Source: Candidatus Saccharimonadota bacterium
GTDB lineage: Bacteria > Pseudomonadota > Gammaproteobacteria > Enterobacterales > Enterobacteriaceae
Assembly: GCF_000973505.1 (NCBI RefSeq)
Contig: NZ_CP010048.1
Span: 90,001 to 122,000, forward strand
Length of the DNA: 32,000 bases
Reading direction: 5' to 3'
The notes under the pieces are model-generated. The model was not told the origin of the DNA and searched no databases. It worked only from the letters and a program-made list of their open reading frames with translations. Within the stretch, counting starts at the first letter, position 1. Each line of letters begins with the position of its first letter. Below are positions 9,201 to 18,268 of the stretch, one piece after another. The position numbers were made by a program, and so were the translations under genes.

Positions 9201-10982
9201 ATGTTGATTTTAAAATTTGTAGTTATTCTTATCATATTTAAAATTTTAATAGTGTATGCAGATAATGTGCAGATTAAGTTAGAAGGCTTGAATGATGTAT
9301 TAAGATCTCATATTGAATCAAAATTGTCTAGTATTAGAAGTAATGATATTGTGATTGATCAGTGTTTTCGTAATGTAATTAATAGTGTGGTTTATTCTGG
9401 ATTACGTTCTTCGGGATATTATTCTTCAATTATAAATTTTTTTTTATATCCATCATCTTCAGATTCCAATAAGCAAGAAAATTATATACTTGTTGTACGT
9501 GTTAATCTGGGTGAACCTACAAAAGTTTCAAAAGTTGATGTCAATTCAAGCGGTGATATTTCTCATGATAGCGATTATCAAAAATTGTTAATAGAATCTC
9601 AATCGTATATAGGGCAGATATTAAATCATAACAAGTATGATAACTTTAAAAACAAATTATTGAATTTATCTTTGTCTAAGGGTTATTTTGATTTTAAATT
9701 TTACGATAGCAAGCTTATTGTGATACCTGCTTCTTATAAGTCTTTTTGGAGTATTAATTTTGATAGTGGTCAGCGTTATTATTTTGGAGATACTCATTTT
9801 TATGGTGGTGGATTAGTTAAAATAGAGTATTTAAAAAATTTGTTTTATGTGCGTTCTGGAATGCATTATGATAATCAATTGTTGATTGATTGCCATCGTC
9901 GTTTGTTTGCTACTAATTGGTTTCATTCAGTAGTTATTTCTCCAAATTATGTTAATAGTGTAAATCGAACTGTAAAAAGTATACCATTAGATGTATTTCT
10001 TGTCCCTGCAATTACCAATAATATTGAATTTGATTTTGGTTATTCTGGTGATATAGGTAGTCGATTAAAAATAGTTTGGAAAAATCCTTGCATTAATTCG
10101 TATGGACATAGTTTTAAAAATATATTTAGTTTTTCTCTGTTAGAACAGTATGTAGATTTAAATTATAAAATTCCTTTAGTTTGTTCTCCTTTGGAAAAAT
10201 ATTATTTATTAAAGGGTGTGATTAAACATGAAAATATTTGTGATACGCAATCTAGTTTTTTAGTTACTATGAATGTTTCTCGTTGTTGGGATTCCGTAAT
10301 TGGTTGGAATCGGGGTATAAATGTAAATTGGTGTCTTAATTGTTGTAATGAATTAAAAAAATTGCAGTCGATGATGTTAATATATCCTGGAGTTAGTATT
10401 CATCGCATTCGTCAACGAGGTGGGATGATGCCCTTTTGGGGAGATAATCAGTGTTATTCGATGAATATATCTAGTGATTTATGGCATTCAGATGTTAATT
10501 TTTTCTTTTTACAATCCAGAAACATTTGGATTCGTACTTTATTAAATAATAATCGTGTGATTATACGTAATAATTTAGGTTGGATGAAATGTAATGATTT
10601 TCAATCTATTTTTTCATTTATTAGAGAGTTTATTTTTTTTAATAATTATTTAATTCGTGGTTATAAATATCAATTTTTATTTTTTAAGAATACATTATTA
10701 GATCAGTTATATGTGCCATCTAAATTTATGTTTGGTTCATTAGAGTATCAGTATAATGTGGTAGAGAGATGGTGGGGTGTATTTTTTGTTGATGCTGGAA
10801 ATATTGTTAAAAATATTAATGGTGATTTTTGTTTTAGTTTTGGTACTGGAGTTGGTGTTCGTTGGCAGTCGTCGATTGGACCTGCTAGGTTAGATTTTGC
10901 TGTTCCTTTGTCATGTTTTAATAAGGCAGGCAGTGTATTGCAGTTATTGCATATTTATGTTGGTTTAGGGCCAGAACTATGA
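9201..10982 (+). CDS. tamA: translocation and assembly module outer-membrane protein TamA (Omp85 family, YtfM)
   Basis: 593 aa with an N-terminal signal peptide (MLILKFVVILIIFKILIVYA). Collinear with E. coli TamA (577 aa): NVQIKLEGL vs NVRLQVEGL, NHNKYDNFKNKL, KGYFD, INSYGHSF, PLEKYYLLKG, YPGVSIHRIRQRGGMMPFWGD, IRGYKY, GSLEYQYNV, WWGVFFVDAG, GTGVGVRWQSSIGPARLDFAVP, and the terminal GLGPEL. Confidence 0.93.
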   Translation: MLILKFVVILIIFKILIVYADNVQIKLEGLNDVLRSHIESKLSSIRSNDIVIDQCFRNVINSVVYSGLRSSGYYSSIINFFLYPSSSDSNKQENYILVVRVNLGEPTKVSKVDVNSSGDISHDSDYQKLLIESQSYIGQILNHNKYDNFKNKLLNLSLSKGYFDFKFYDSKLIVIPASYKSFWSINFDSGQRYYFGDTHFYGGGLVKIEYLKNLFYVRSGMHYDNQLLIDCHRRLFATNWFHSVVISPNYVNSVNRTVKSIPLDVFLVPAITNNIEFDFGYSGDIGSRLKIVWKNPCINSYGHSFKNIFSFSLLEQYVDLNYKIPLVCSPLEKYYLLKGVIKHENICDTQSSFLVTMNVSRCWDSVIGWNRGINVNWCLNCCNELKKLQSMMLIYPGVSIHRIRQRGGMMPFWGDNQCYSMNISSDLWHSDVNFFFLQSRNIWIRTLLNNNRVIIRNNLGWMKCNDFQSIFSFIREFIFFNNYLIRGYKYQFLFFKNTLLDQLYVPSKFMFGSLEYQYNVVERWWGVFFVDAGNIVKNINGDFCFSFGTGVGVRWQSSIGPARLDFAVPLSCFNKAGSVLQLLHIYVGLGPEL

Positions 10983-13900
10983 AATATTTAAAGAAAATCT
11001 TTTTGATTTTCTTGACAATAATATTTTTGTTATTTGTTTCTGTAGTATTTTTTTTTGCTACTGATCGTGGTGTCTGTCTCATGTTAAGGACATTTACAGA
11101 TTTGGTACCTGGTTTAAGTATTGGTGACATTAATGGAAATTATTTTAGTGGTTTAACGTTAAAAAACATATGTTATCAAAAGGATGGAGTGTTGATAGAA
11201 GGTGCTGAGTTATATGTTTCTTTGGATTTGTGTCATTTATGGGATAAAAATGTTTATGTTAGTTCTGTATTTGTGAAGAATTTTTTTATTAGTGTTGATG
11301 TGCCTAAGTTTAATGCAGTATTATTTGAAGTGTATGAAAATAAAACAATTGGTTATATTTTCAGTTTGTATTCAGTAGTATGTCGTCATATTATATTAGA
11401 TAATGTATGTGTTAAATTAAATGATATGGTTATTACATTGTACAAATGTGATACTGGTTTGATTTGGGACAAAAAGTCATTAATTTTAACATCTACTTTT
11501 TTTTCAGGATTAAAGTTGTTTAATTATTCTCATTTTATACGTTTTAGTTTGCCAAATATTAAAGAATGTTCTTTGAAAGATATTTTATGTTGTAAGTCTT
11601 TTATTTTTCCATGGTTTAGTGATTTATTTTCTGTGTCTTTTTTTAAAAAAAAAAATGTAAAAGAAACTTTATCATATAATTTAATTTTAGAAGGTGTAGA
11701 AGGAGAAAATTTGTTTTTTGTAGATCATGAAAATTTTTTGATTGAGAGATTTTGTTTAAAAGGAATGATTTCAAACGATTGTGTTCGATTGATTACATTA
11801 GATGTAATGACATTGAATGGAAAAATTCATATTTCTGGCAATATAAAATGTAATGAGGATCGTTTAATATATTTAGTGGTTGATTCTGTTTTTCGTTCTT
11901 CTTTGTTAATGAAAGAAGAAAAAATTAGTTTTACTATTTCTGGTCATATTGGTAGTACGTTATATGTTTATTCTGATTTTTTAGGTTATTTAAATGGTTA
12001 TTTAATTTTAAAAATAGAATTAGATAAAATAGATCTTCCAGTCAATTTCATGTTAAATGTTGATAGCATGCATAGTTCATTATTTTATAATACTCATTTT
12101 TTAGTGCAAAACTTAAATTTATATTTTGATGGTAGTATTTATGATTATCGTATGAATTTAAAATTAATTGCATTTTCTTCAGATTTGTCATGTTATTTTA
12201 ATATTTCTATGAGTGCTTATGGTGATTATAATAGTTTAGTGTTATCTAATTGCAATGTACAAGGTTTGGGTGGCATTATAGACATTACTGCTGCTGTTAA
12301 ATGGAAAGATACGGTTGATTGGAATGTTAAGTTAATTTTAAAAAATATTAATTTTTCTCAATATAATTTTATTCGGCCAATAAGCGTTTGTGGTGAAATT
12401 AATATAGATGGAGGTATATCTAATGATATTTTAAAATTAAAATTATTGAATATTTCTTTATGTGGAAGCGTTGAAAATTATTATCCTTTTATTTTTCGGT
12501 GTTATTGTGTCAGAAATCGTTTGGAGGAGTGGAGTATTTTGCAATTTGTGTTATCTATCGGATCTAATATATTAAAACTTGATGGTGATTTTAATGATCA
12601 TTCTTCTGTTGTTGGTATTATTAAATTCCCATCTATTCATGATATATTTCCCAATTTAAATGGCAGTATATTTGGTACTATAACTTATTTCAAATTTCCT
12701 ACATATTCTAAATATTTAATAAATATTGTTAGCGAATCGTTTCAATGGAAAGATAAACATTTAAATGTTAATCATATTGCTATTAAGAGCAATTTATTAT
12801 ATCGAGATGTTTTGGAAGGTAGTTTTGAATGTCAATTAGATGATGTTATATATTATACCTTTTCTATTTCTAAGTTTCATTGTCAGTTTGTTGGTAGTAT
12901 AGAACGACATAATATAGAAATATTTTTATATAGTGATTTATTTAATATTGCCTTCAATATTAATGGATCTGTCAATTGTGTTCACAATAACTGGATTGGT
13001 AATATTTTAAAAATCAGTATTGTAAAGAATGTGTTTTTTTGTCAGTTGGATAAAAGATTATCGATATTTTGTCGTAATTTACCAAATCAATTGATAATTT
13101 TTTCAGATGATTTATGTAGATCTACATTTCAAGTTAATTTTTGTGGTGATTTAGGAAAGGTAGGAATTCAAAAATTTATACAACGTGTGCAGAATGTTCA
13201 TTTAGTAATCAAACACTCATGTTTTGTAGAGTCTTTGAGTATTAATGGTCAATTATCATTTTTATTGGATTTAATGTGGGATAGAAATAGTTTTGTTCCT
13301 TACGGGACGATATGTTTATTAGGAGATCGATTGGAATGGACTAATATGTTTTTCCAGAAGAAATCTATTGTTGCATATGAAAAATTTGTTTTCAATATTG
13401 TTTTAAATCAAGAGTGGTTGTTGTGTGATTGGGTGATTAAAACTTATCGTCATGGTCAATGTGATGGGAAATTTAAAATATTTTTATATGATCAATATCC
13501 AGTGTTTGGAAATTTGCGTGTTGATAATATGTCATTATTGTTTTCAAATATGTTTTTAGAACCTGCTGATATTATAAATGGTACCTTGAATGTGTGTTTG
13601 CGATTTTCTGGTAGTCTTTTGTATCCAGAAGTTTATGGGAATGTTGAGTTAAGGAATTTAATAGTGAAAGGTTCTCATGTTCCGTTTGTTATGACTTCTT
13701 CCAATGTTTCGTTAAGTTTTACTAGGTCTCGCGCGGTATTAAATGGAGCGATCAGGACAACTCGGGGAATATTATATTTGACTGGTAATATGCATTGGAA
13801 TAGTTTTCGATCTTTTTATACACATATTCGTATTGTTGGTAATAATGTTCAAATAGTATTATCACCAGTTGTTAAAGTAGATATTTCTCCTGTTATTATT

Positions 13901-14806
13901 TTTGAAATGACTCCATTAGAATGTATTATTAAAGGGACATTAAATATTCCGTATGGTTATATTGAGTTAGAGGGAGATAATTTAAAAACTGAGGTGGTTG
14001 ATGTTTCTTCGGATGAATATGTTATTGCCAATAGTGTTAATTATGATTCATATTATATTCAAAAAAGTGAAAATATTTTTTTCAAAAAAATTATTGTTCA
14101 TGTAATATTGCATTTTGGTGATAATGTTAAAATTAGTTCATTTGGCTTACATGCTAATCTTCGGGGTAATTTAGAAGTTATTCAAGATCAAAACGGATTA
14201 GGATTAAAAGGTTATATTAGTATTTTTCAAGGACATTTTAATATTTACGGGCGAAGTTTATTTATAAAAAAGGGTCAATTGTTATTTTCTGGATTAATTG
14301 ATAATCAGCCTTATTTAAATATTGAAGCAATATGTAATTCTGAATTAATCAAGAATAATAGTTTTGTTGGTAGTATACGAATTACTGGTTGTATTCCCGC
14401 TCCAGAGCTGCAATTTTTTTCTAATCATATGATGTCCCAAGAAGCTGTGATATCTTATTTATTACATAGTCAACGAATAGATATTGTAAATATGAATAGT
14501 CATAGTATGTTTAGATCTGTTTTAATAAGGTTTGGTCTTTTTCATGTCGAAAAATTTGTAAAGCAAATTGGCAGTATATTAAAAGTGAATAATTTAGTTC
14601 TTGATACTTATGGGTTTGGTTCTGAGTCGAAAATAGTACTTAGTGGACGAATTGCTCCTGGTTTACAAGTAAAATATAGTATTGGTGTGTTTGATTCGTT
14701 AGCTACAATATCTGCCCGTTATTGTGTATTACCTGATTTATATTTAGAAGTTGTATCTGGGAGTTTAAATCAGACATGTAGTGTCGTATATCAGTTTAAG
14801 TATTAA
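10979..14806 (+). CDS. tamB: translocation and assembly module inner-membrane-anchored protein TamB (YtfN, DUF490)
   Basis: 1275 aa (E. coli TamB is 1259 aa). The start overlaps the tamA stop in ATGA (10979-10982). N-terminal signal anchor KKIFLIFLTIIFLLFVSVVFFF. The C-terminal end PDLYLEVVSGSLNQTCSVVYQFKY matches E. coli [23 protein letters not shown]. Position between tamA and ppa is as in E. coli. The interior is highly diverged. Confidence 0.9.
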   Translation: MKYLKKIFLIFLTIIFLLFVSVVFFFATDRGVCLMLRTFTDLVPGLSIGDINGNYFSGLTLKNICYQKDGVLIEGAELYVSLDLCHLWDKNVYVSSVFVKNFFISVDVPKFNAVLFEVYENKTIGYIFSLYSVVCRHIILDNVCVKLNDMVITLYKCDTGLIWDKKSLILTSTFFSGLKLFNYSHFIRFSLPNIKECSLKDILCCKSFIFPWFSDLFSVSFFKKKNVKETLSYNLILEGVEGENLFFVDHENFLIERFCLKGMISNDCVRLITLDVMTLNGKIHISGNIKCNEDRLIYLVVDSVFRSSLLMKEEKISFTISGHIGSTLYVYSDFLGYLNGYLILKIELDKIDLPVNFMLNVDSMHSSLFYNTHFLVQNLNLYFDGSIYDYRMNLKLIAFSSDLSCYFNISMSAYGDYNSLVLSNCNVQGLGGIIDITAAVKWKDTVDWNVKLILKNINFSQYNFIRPISVCGEINIDGGISNDILKLKLLNISLCGSVENYYPFIFRCYCVRNRLEEWSILQFVLSIGSNILKLDGDFNDHSSVVGIIKFPSIHDIFPNLNGSIFGTITYFKFPTYSKYLINIVSESFQWKDKHLNVNHIAIKSNLLYRDVLEGSFECQLDDVIYYTFSISKFHCQFVGSIERHNIEIFLYSDLFNIAFNINGSVNCVHNNWIGNILKISIVKNVFFCQLDKRLSIFCRNLPNQLIIFSDDLCRSTFQVNFCGDLGKVGIQKFIQRVQNVHLVIKHSCFVESLSINGQLSFLLDLMWDRNSFVPYGTICLLGDRLEWTNMFFQKKSIVAYEKFVFNIVLNQEWLLCDWVIKTYRHGQCDGKFKIFLYDQYPVFGNLRVDNMSLLFSNMFLEPADIINGTLNVCLRFSGSLLYPEVYGNVELRNLIVKGSHVPFVMTSSNVSLSFTRSRAVLNGAIRTTRGILYLTGNMHWNSFRSFYTHIRIVGNNVQIVLSPVVKVDISPVIIFEMTPLECIIKGTLNIPYGYIELEGDNLKTEVVDVSSDEYVIANSVNYDSYYIQKSENIFFKKIIVHVILHFGDNVKISSFGLHANLRGNLEVIQDQNGLGLKGYISIFQGHFNIYGRSLFIKKGQLLFSGLIDNQPYLNIEAICNSELIKNNSFVGSIRITGCIPAPELQFFSNHMMSQEAVISYLLHSQRIDIVNMNSHSMFRSVLIRFGLFHVEKFVKQIGSILKVNNLVLDTYGFGSESKIVLSGRIAPGLQVKYSIGVFDSLATISARYCVLPDLYLEVVSGSLNQTCSVVYQFKY

Positions 14807-14872
14807 ATAAATGAATAAATGTAAATATTATTCGGTAATTAATTTATGGTTTTTTGTTTTTTTTGATTTATT

Positions 14873-15403
14873 TTATTTTAATAATGCTCTTTGTACGGCA
14901 GTACAAATTTCATTTTGAGAAGCTTTGGCGTTTTCCCAACCCTCTATTGTTGACCATTTTTTAGCGTCTAACTTTTTGTAATATTTAAAAAAATGTATAA
15001 TTTGGTTTTTTAATATAGGTGGAATATCGTTAATATCTTTAGTGTTTTGATAAACTTCTGTTAATGTTTGGTGTGGTACTGCTATTATTTTGTTATCTTC
15101 ACCCATTTCATCAGTCATGTTTAACATTCCTACTGGTCGACAGCGTATTACTGATCCTGCTTGTATGGGATATGGTGTGATAACCAGAGCATCGATAGGA
15201 TCGCCATCTGATGATAGTGTTTTATTAATAAAACCATAATTGCATGGATAAAACATGGTGGAATACATAATCCGATCGACAAATATTACGCCAGTTTGTT
15301 TATTTATTTCGTATTTTATTGGTTTGCTAAAAGCTGATATTTCAATAATTACATAAATATCATTTGGTATATTTTCCCCTGCGGGTATTTTGTTTAAATT
15401 CAT
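14873..15403 (-). CDS. ppa: inorganic pyrophosphatase
   Basis: 176 aa, same length class as E. coli Ppa and collinear with it: IPAGENIPNDIYVIIEI, PIKYEI, FVDR, MFYPCNYGFIN, DGDPIDALV, GSVIRCRPVGMLNMTDEMGEDNKIIAVP, EGWENA. Confidence 0.97.
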   Translation of the reverse strand: MNLNKIPAGENIPNDIYVIIEISAFSKPIKYEINKQTGVIFVDRIMYSTMFYPCNYGFINKTLSSDGDPIDALVITPYPIQAGSVIRCRPVGMLNMTDEMGEDNKIIAVPHQTLTEVYQNTKDINDIPPILKNQIIHFFKYYKKLDAKKWSTIEGWENAKASQNEICTAVQRALLK

Positions 15404-15970
15404 AAATCAGCCTTATATGGATTTTATTTTTAGCAGCAAGTAATTTTTTTGTATCTATAGTTACTGATTAACATAGAATATCATGATGGAGGTGATATAA
15501 ATAAAAAAATTAATAATTAAATTATAACATAATGTTTTATTTTTAGTCGAATATTTTATATATTTAATTGATATAATGTCTATTTTTATTTTGTATTTAA
15601 GTATGTCTGATGTGTTGTTGCATAGTATTAATAAGATATTAAGATATTTTGTTAAGAATTTTTTTTAGAAATAGTAATGAACATGTGTGTAAGAATTAAT
15701 TTATATTTTTTATAAAATTTTTATTAATATGCAAATTTTTATGAACAAGTTATAAATATTTGCATGAAAAACAGGAATGTCATGAAGTAAATTGTTAAAA
15801 TTTCTCTAATTGACGATCATAAAATCGTAAATGTTTGTCTTTACTATGTATCATGTTTTGTATATAATTACAATGTAACGTCGGTAGTTATTGTTAATTT
15901 AAATATTTTATTATCCTTGAGTTAATATGTATATTGTTTTGTGTATTTAGTATTTAGTGGATTAAAAATT

Positions 15971-16939
15971 TCAAAAATCACGATGTATAATTATATATGC
16001 TAAGTGTTTTAATGCATTTAAGTGTGGTGATGGCGTTAAGCATTCTAGTGCTGTTATCGCTTTTTTTGCTTGCATGTTGGCATATTGTCTTGTATATTCT
16101 AATGAATTATATTGGTGCATAGTATTAAGAATGATTTCAAGTAGTTTATTGTTGCCTTGTTGAATAGCTTTTTGAATAATTGATACTTGTTTTTTTGTTC
16201 CATATTGCATGGAATGTAATAGTGGGAAAGTAGCTTTACCTTCGTTAAGGTCATTTCCTATGTTTTGTTTTAGTTTTTTATTGTTTGTATTATAATCAAG
16301 CATATCATCAATAAGTTGAAACGCAAATCCTAAATATCGACCATAATTTCGTAATGCCAATTCTTGATTGCGGGTTGCATTTATTAAAATTGCGGAAGAT
16401 TGTGCAGATGCTTCAAATAAGCAAGCGGTTTTTTTATAAATAATTTCCATATATGTTTTGATTGTAGTGTTTGGATTGTTACGTTGTGTTAATTGTAAAA
16501 TTTCTCCTTCTGCAATAGTGTGCACTGTTTTAGATATTAGTTGTAGTATTCGTGGAAATTTGATTGTCACCAAGATTTTAAGTACTTTAGTATAGATAAA
16601 ATCGCCAACTAGAACACTTGCAGAATTTCCAAAGATTGTGTTAGCTGTTTTTTTACCTCTTCTGATATTTGATTTATCTATTACATCGTCGTGTAGTAGT
16701 GTAGCGATATGGATAAGTTCCATGAGTGCTGCAATCGTAATATGTTGTTTTTTTTTGTATTTAAGTGCTTGAGCTGTTAAAATAACAATCATTGGTCGCA
16801 ATTGTTTACCACCATTGTTGGTAATATGATAAGTCAATTTACTAATTAAAGGAATTTTAGAATTTAATTGATTATTGATTATTTTGTTAACAGATCTCAT
16901 ATCTTGTGCAGTTAAATTTGCAATTTTTTTAAAATTCAT
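15971..16939 (-). CDS. ispB: octaprenyl diphosphate synthase
   Basis: 322 aa (E. coli IspB is 323 aa): LTAQDM, GGKQLRPMIV, first DDxxD motif ATLLHDDVIDKS, FGNSASVLVGDFIYT, AEGEILQL, second motif FQLIDDMLDY, DLNEGKATFPLLH. Divergent from rplU, as in E. coli. Confidence 0.96.
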   Translation of the reverse strand: MNFKKIANLTAQDMRSVNKIINNQLNSKIPLISKLTYHITNNGGKQLRPMIVILTAQALKYKKKQHITIAALMELIHIATLLHDDVIDKSNIRRGKKTANTIFGNSASVLVGDFIYTKVLKILVTIKFPRILQLISKTVHTIAEGEILQLTQRNNPNTTIKTYMEIIYKKTACLFEASAQSSAILINATRNQELALRNYGRYLGFAFQLIDDMLDYNTNNKKLKQNIGNDLNEGKATFPLLHSMQYGTKKQVSIIQKAIQQGNNKLLEIILNTMHQYNSLEYTRQYANMQAKKAITALECLTPSPHLNALKHLAYIIIHRDF

Positions 16940-17271
16940 TACGGTTCATATGTGTTATGTATGTTGTTATGTATTTTATTTTATGATAGTTTTTTTTGAG
17001 ATTATTATATTATTTTAAGAGTATTGTTAAAATATTTTATTGGAAAAATATATGGTGTTTTTGTATTTTATATTTTGAATCATTAAAAATTTCAATAAGT
17101 TATTTTGAGTATTTAGTTTATTTTTTTGTATGTATGTAACACATAGGATAATGATGTTTAAAATTTATTTATGTTAATATAATCGTGTTGATTTAGTGTA
17201 GGTAATATATTATTACTAATTTAGTAGTGTAGTAGTGATAATTATAAATTTCAAAGGTGAGATATTTTATT

Positions 17272-17586
17272 ATGTACGCAATATTTCAAAATGGTGGAAA
17301 GCAATATCGGGTTAGTATAGGAACAGTTGTTCGATTGGAAAAAATAGATCTTCCGGTTGGGGAAATGTTTAAATGTAATCAAGTAATGATGATTGCTCAT
17401 ACAGGTGGTGTTCAATTTGGTAGACCTTTTCTTATGTCATGTAATATTCTTGGGGAGGTTGTGAGGCATGGTCGTTTTTCGAAAATTATGATTATTAAGT
17501 TTCGGCGTCGCAAACATTTTCGAAAATTTCAGGGACATCGACAATTTTTCACTGATGTAAAAATTAATACTATTAGTGTTACATGA
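17272..17586 (+). CDS. rplU: 50S ribosomal protein L21
   Basis: Homology to E. coli L21 begins at the ATG at 17272 (MYAIFQNGGKQYRV vs MYAVFQSGGKQHRV); also KFRRRKHFRKFQGHRQFFTDVKI. The GTG at 17257 in the ORF track adds 5 unsupported residues. Confidence 0.95.
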   Translation: MYAIFQNGGKQYRVSIGTVVRLEKIDLPVGEMFKCNQVMMIAHTGGVQFGRPFLMSCNILGEVVRHGRFSKIMIIKFRRRKHFRKFQGHRQFFTDVKINTISVT

Positions 17587-17661
17587 TTTTTTATTTTAAA
17601 AAATGATGTTAAATATTATTTTGAATTTTTTAAATGTATAATTAATTATGGGGTGTTTTGT

Positions 17662-17919
17662 ATGGCACAGAAAAAAGCTGGTGGATCTACTCGTAATGGA
17701 CGAGATTCAAAAAGTAAGCGGTTAGGTGTTAAATGTTTTGGGGGGGCGTTTGTTACAGCGGGTAGTATTATTATTCGTCAGAGGGGTAATAAATTTTATG
17801 CTGGTAAAAATACAGGTTGTGGTAGAGATCATACTATTTTTGCTTTGCGGGATGGAAGAGTGCAATTTGTGAGAAGTAAAGTAATGCGCCGAAAATTAGT
17901 TAATATTATTAATTATTAA
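17662..17919 (+). CDS. rpmA: 50S ribosomal protein L27
   Basis: 85 aa from the ATG at 17662: [24 protein letters not shown] vs E. coli [24 protein letters not shown]; also [13 protein letters not shown] and [10 protein letters not shown]. The ORF-track start at 17653 adds 3 residues not seen in L27. Confidence 0.96.
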   Translation: MAQKKAGGSTRNGRDSKSKRLGVKCFGGAFVTAGSIIIRQRGNKFYAGKNTGCGRDHTIFALRDGRVQFVRSKVMRRKLVNIINY

Positions 17920-18268
17920 TTGATTAATGTAGACGCAAATTGTCGATGGGGTGTTTTTTAAAATTTTTTTGTTTTATGTGTTTATATTTTTTTATACTGT
18001 CAAACAAGTATTATGGATTATAAATCGATCTAGTGAAATAGCATGATGAATAATATGTATTAGTATTAATTATTAATGATGTGCATCATTATTCTTGTTT
18101 AGTATATCAAATTATATCATTATGGATATTTTAGTTTTTGTTGTTGTGTTGTGTTTATTTTAGTGGATATTAAATGTTATTTTATTTAAATTTACAGTTT
18201 ATGTTATGTAGGTTTATGTTATATATATGTAATTGTGTTAATTAGAGATATTTTTTTAGAAGTTGTAT

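Noticed and set aside
17257-17271. N-terminal extensions implied by the ORF-track starts for rplU (17257), rpmA (17653), obgE (18263), ftsH (21932), glmM (24764) and nusA (27510).
   Set aside because: In each case homology to the E. coli protein begins at a downstream ATG whose product length matches the family. The extra residues are non-homologous, use GTG or TTG starts, or lie inside the upstream gene or the SD.
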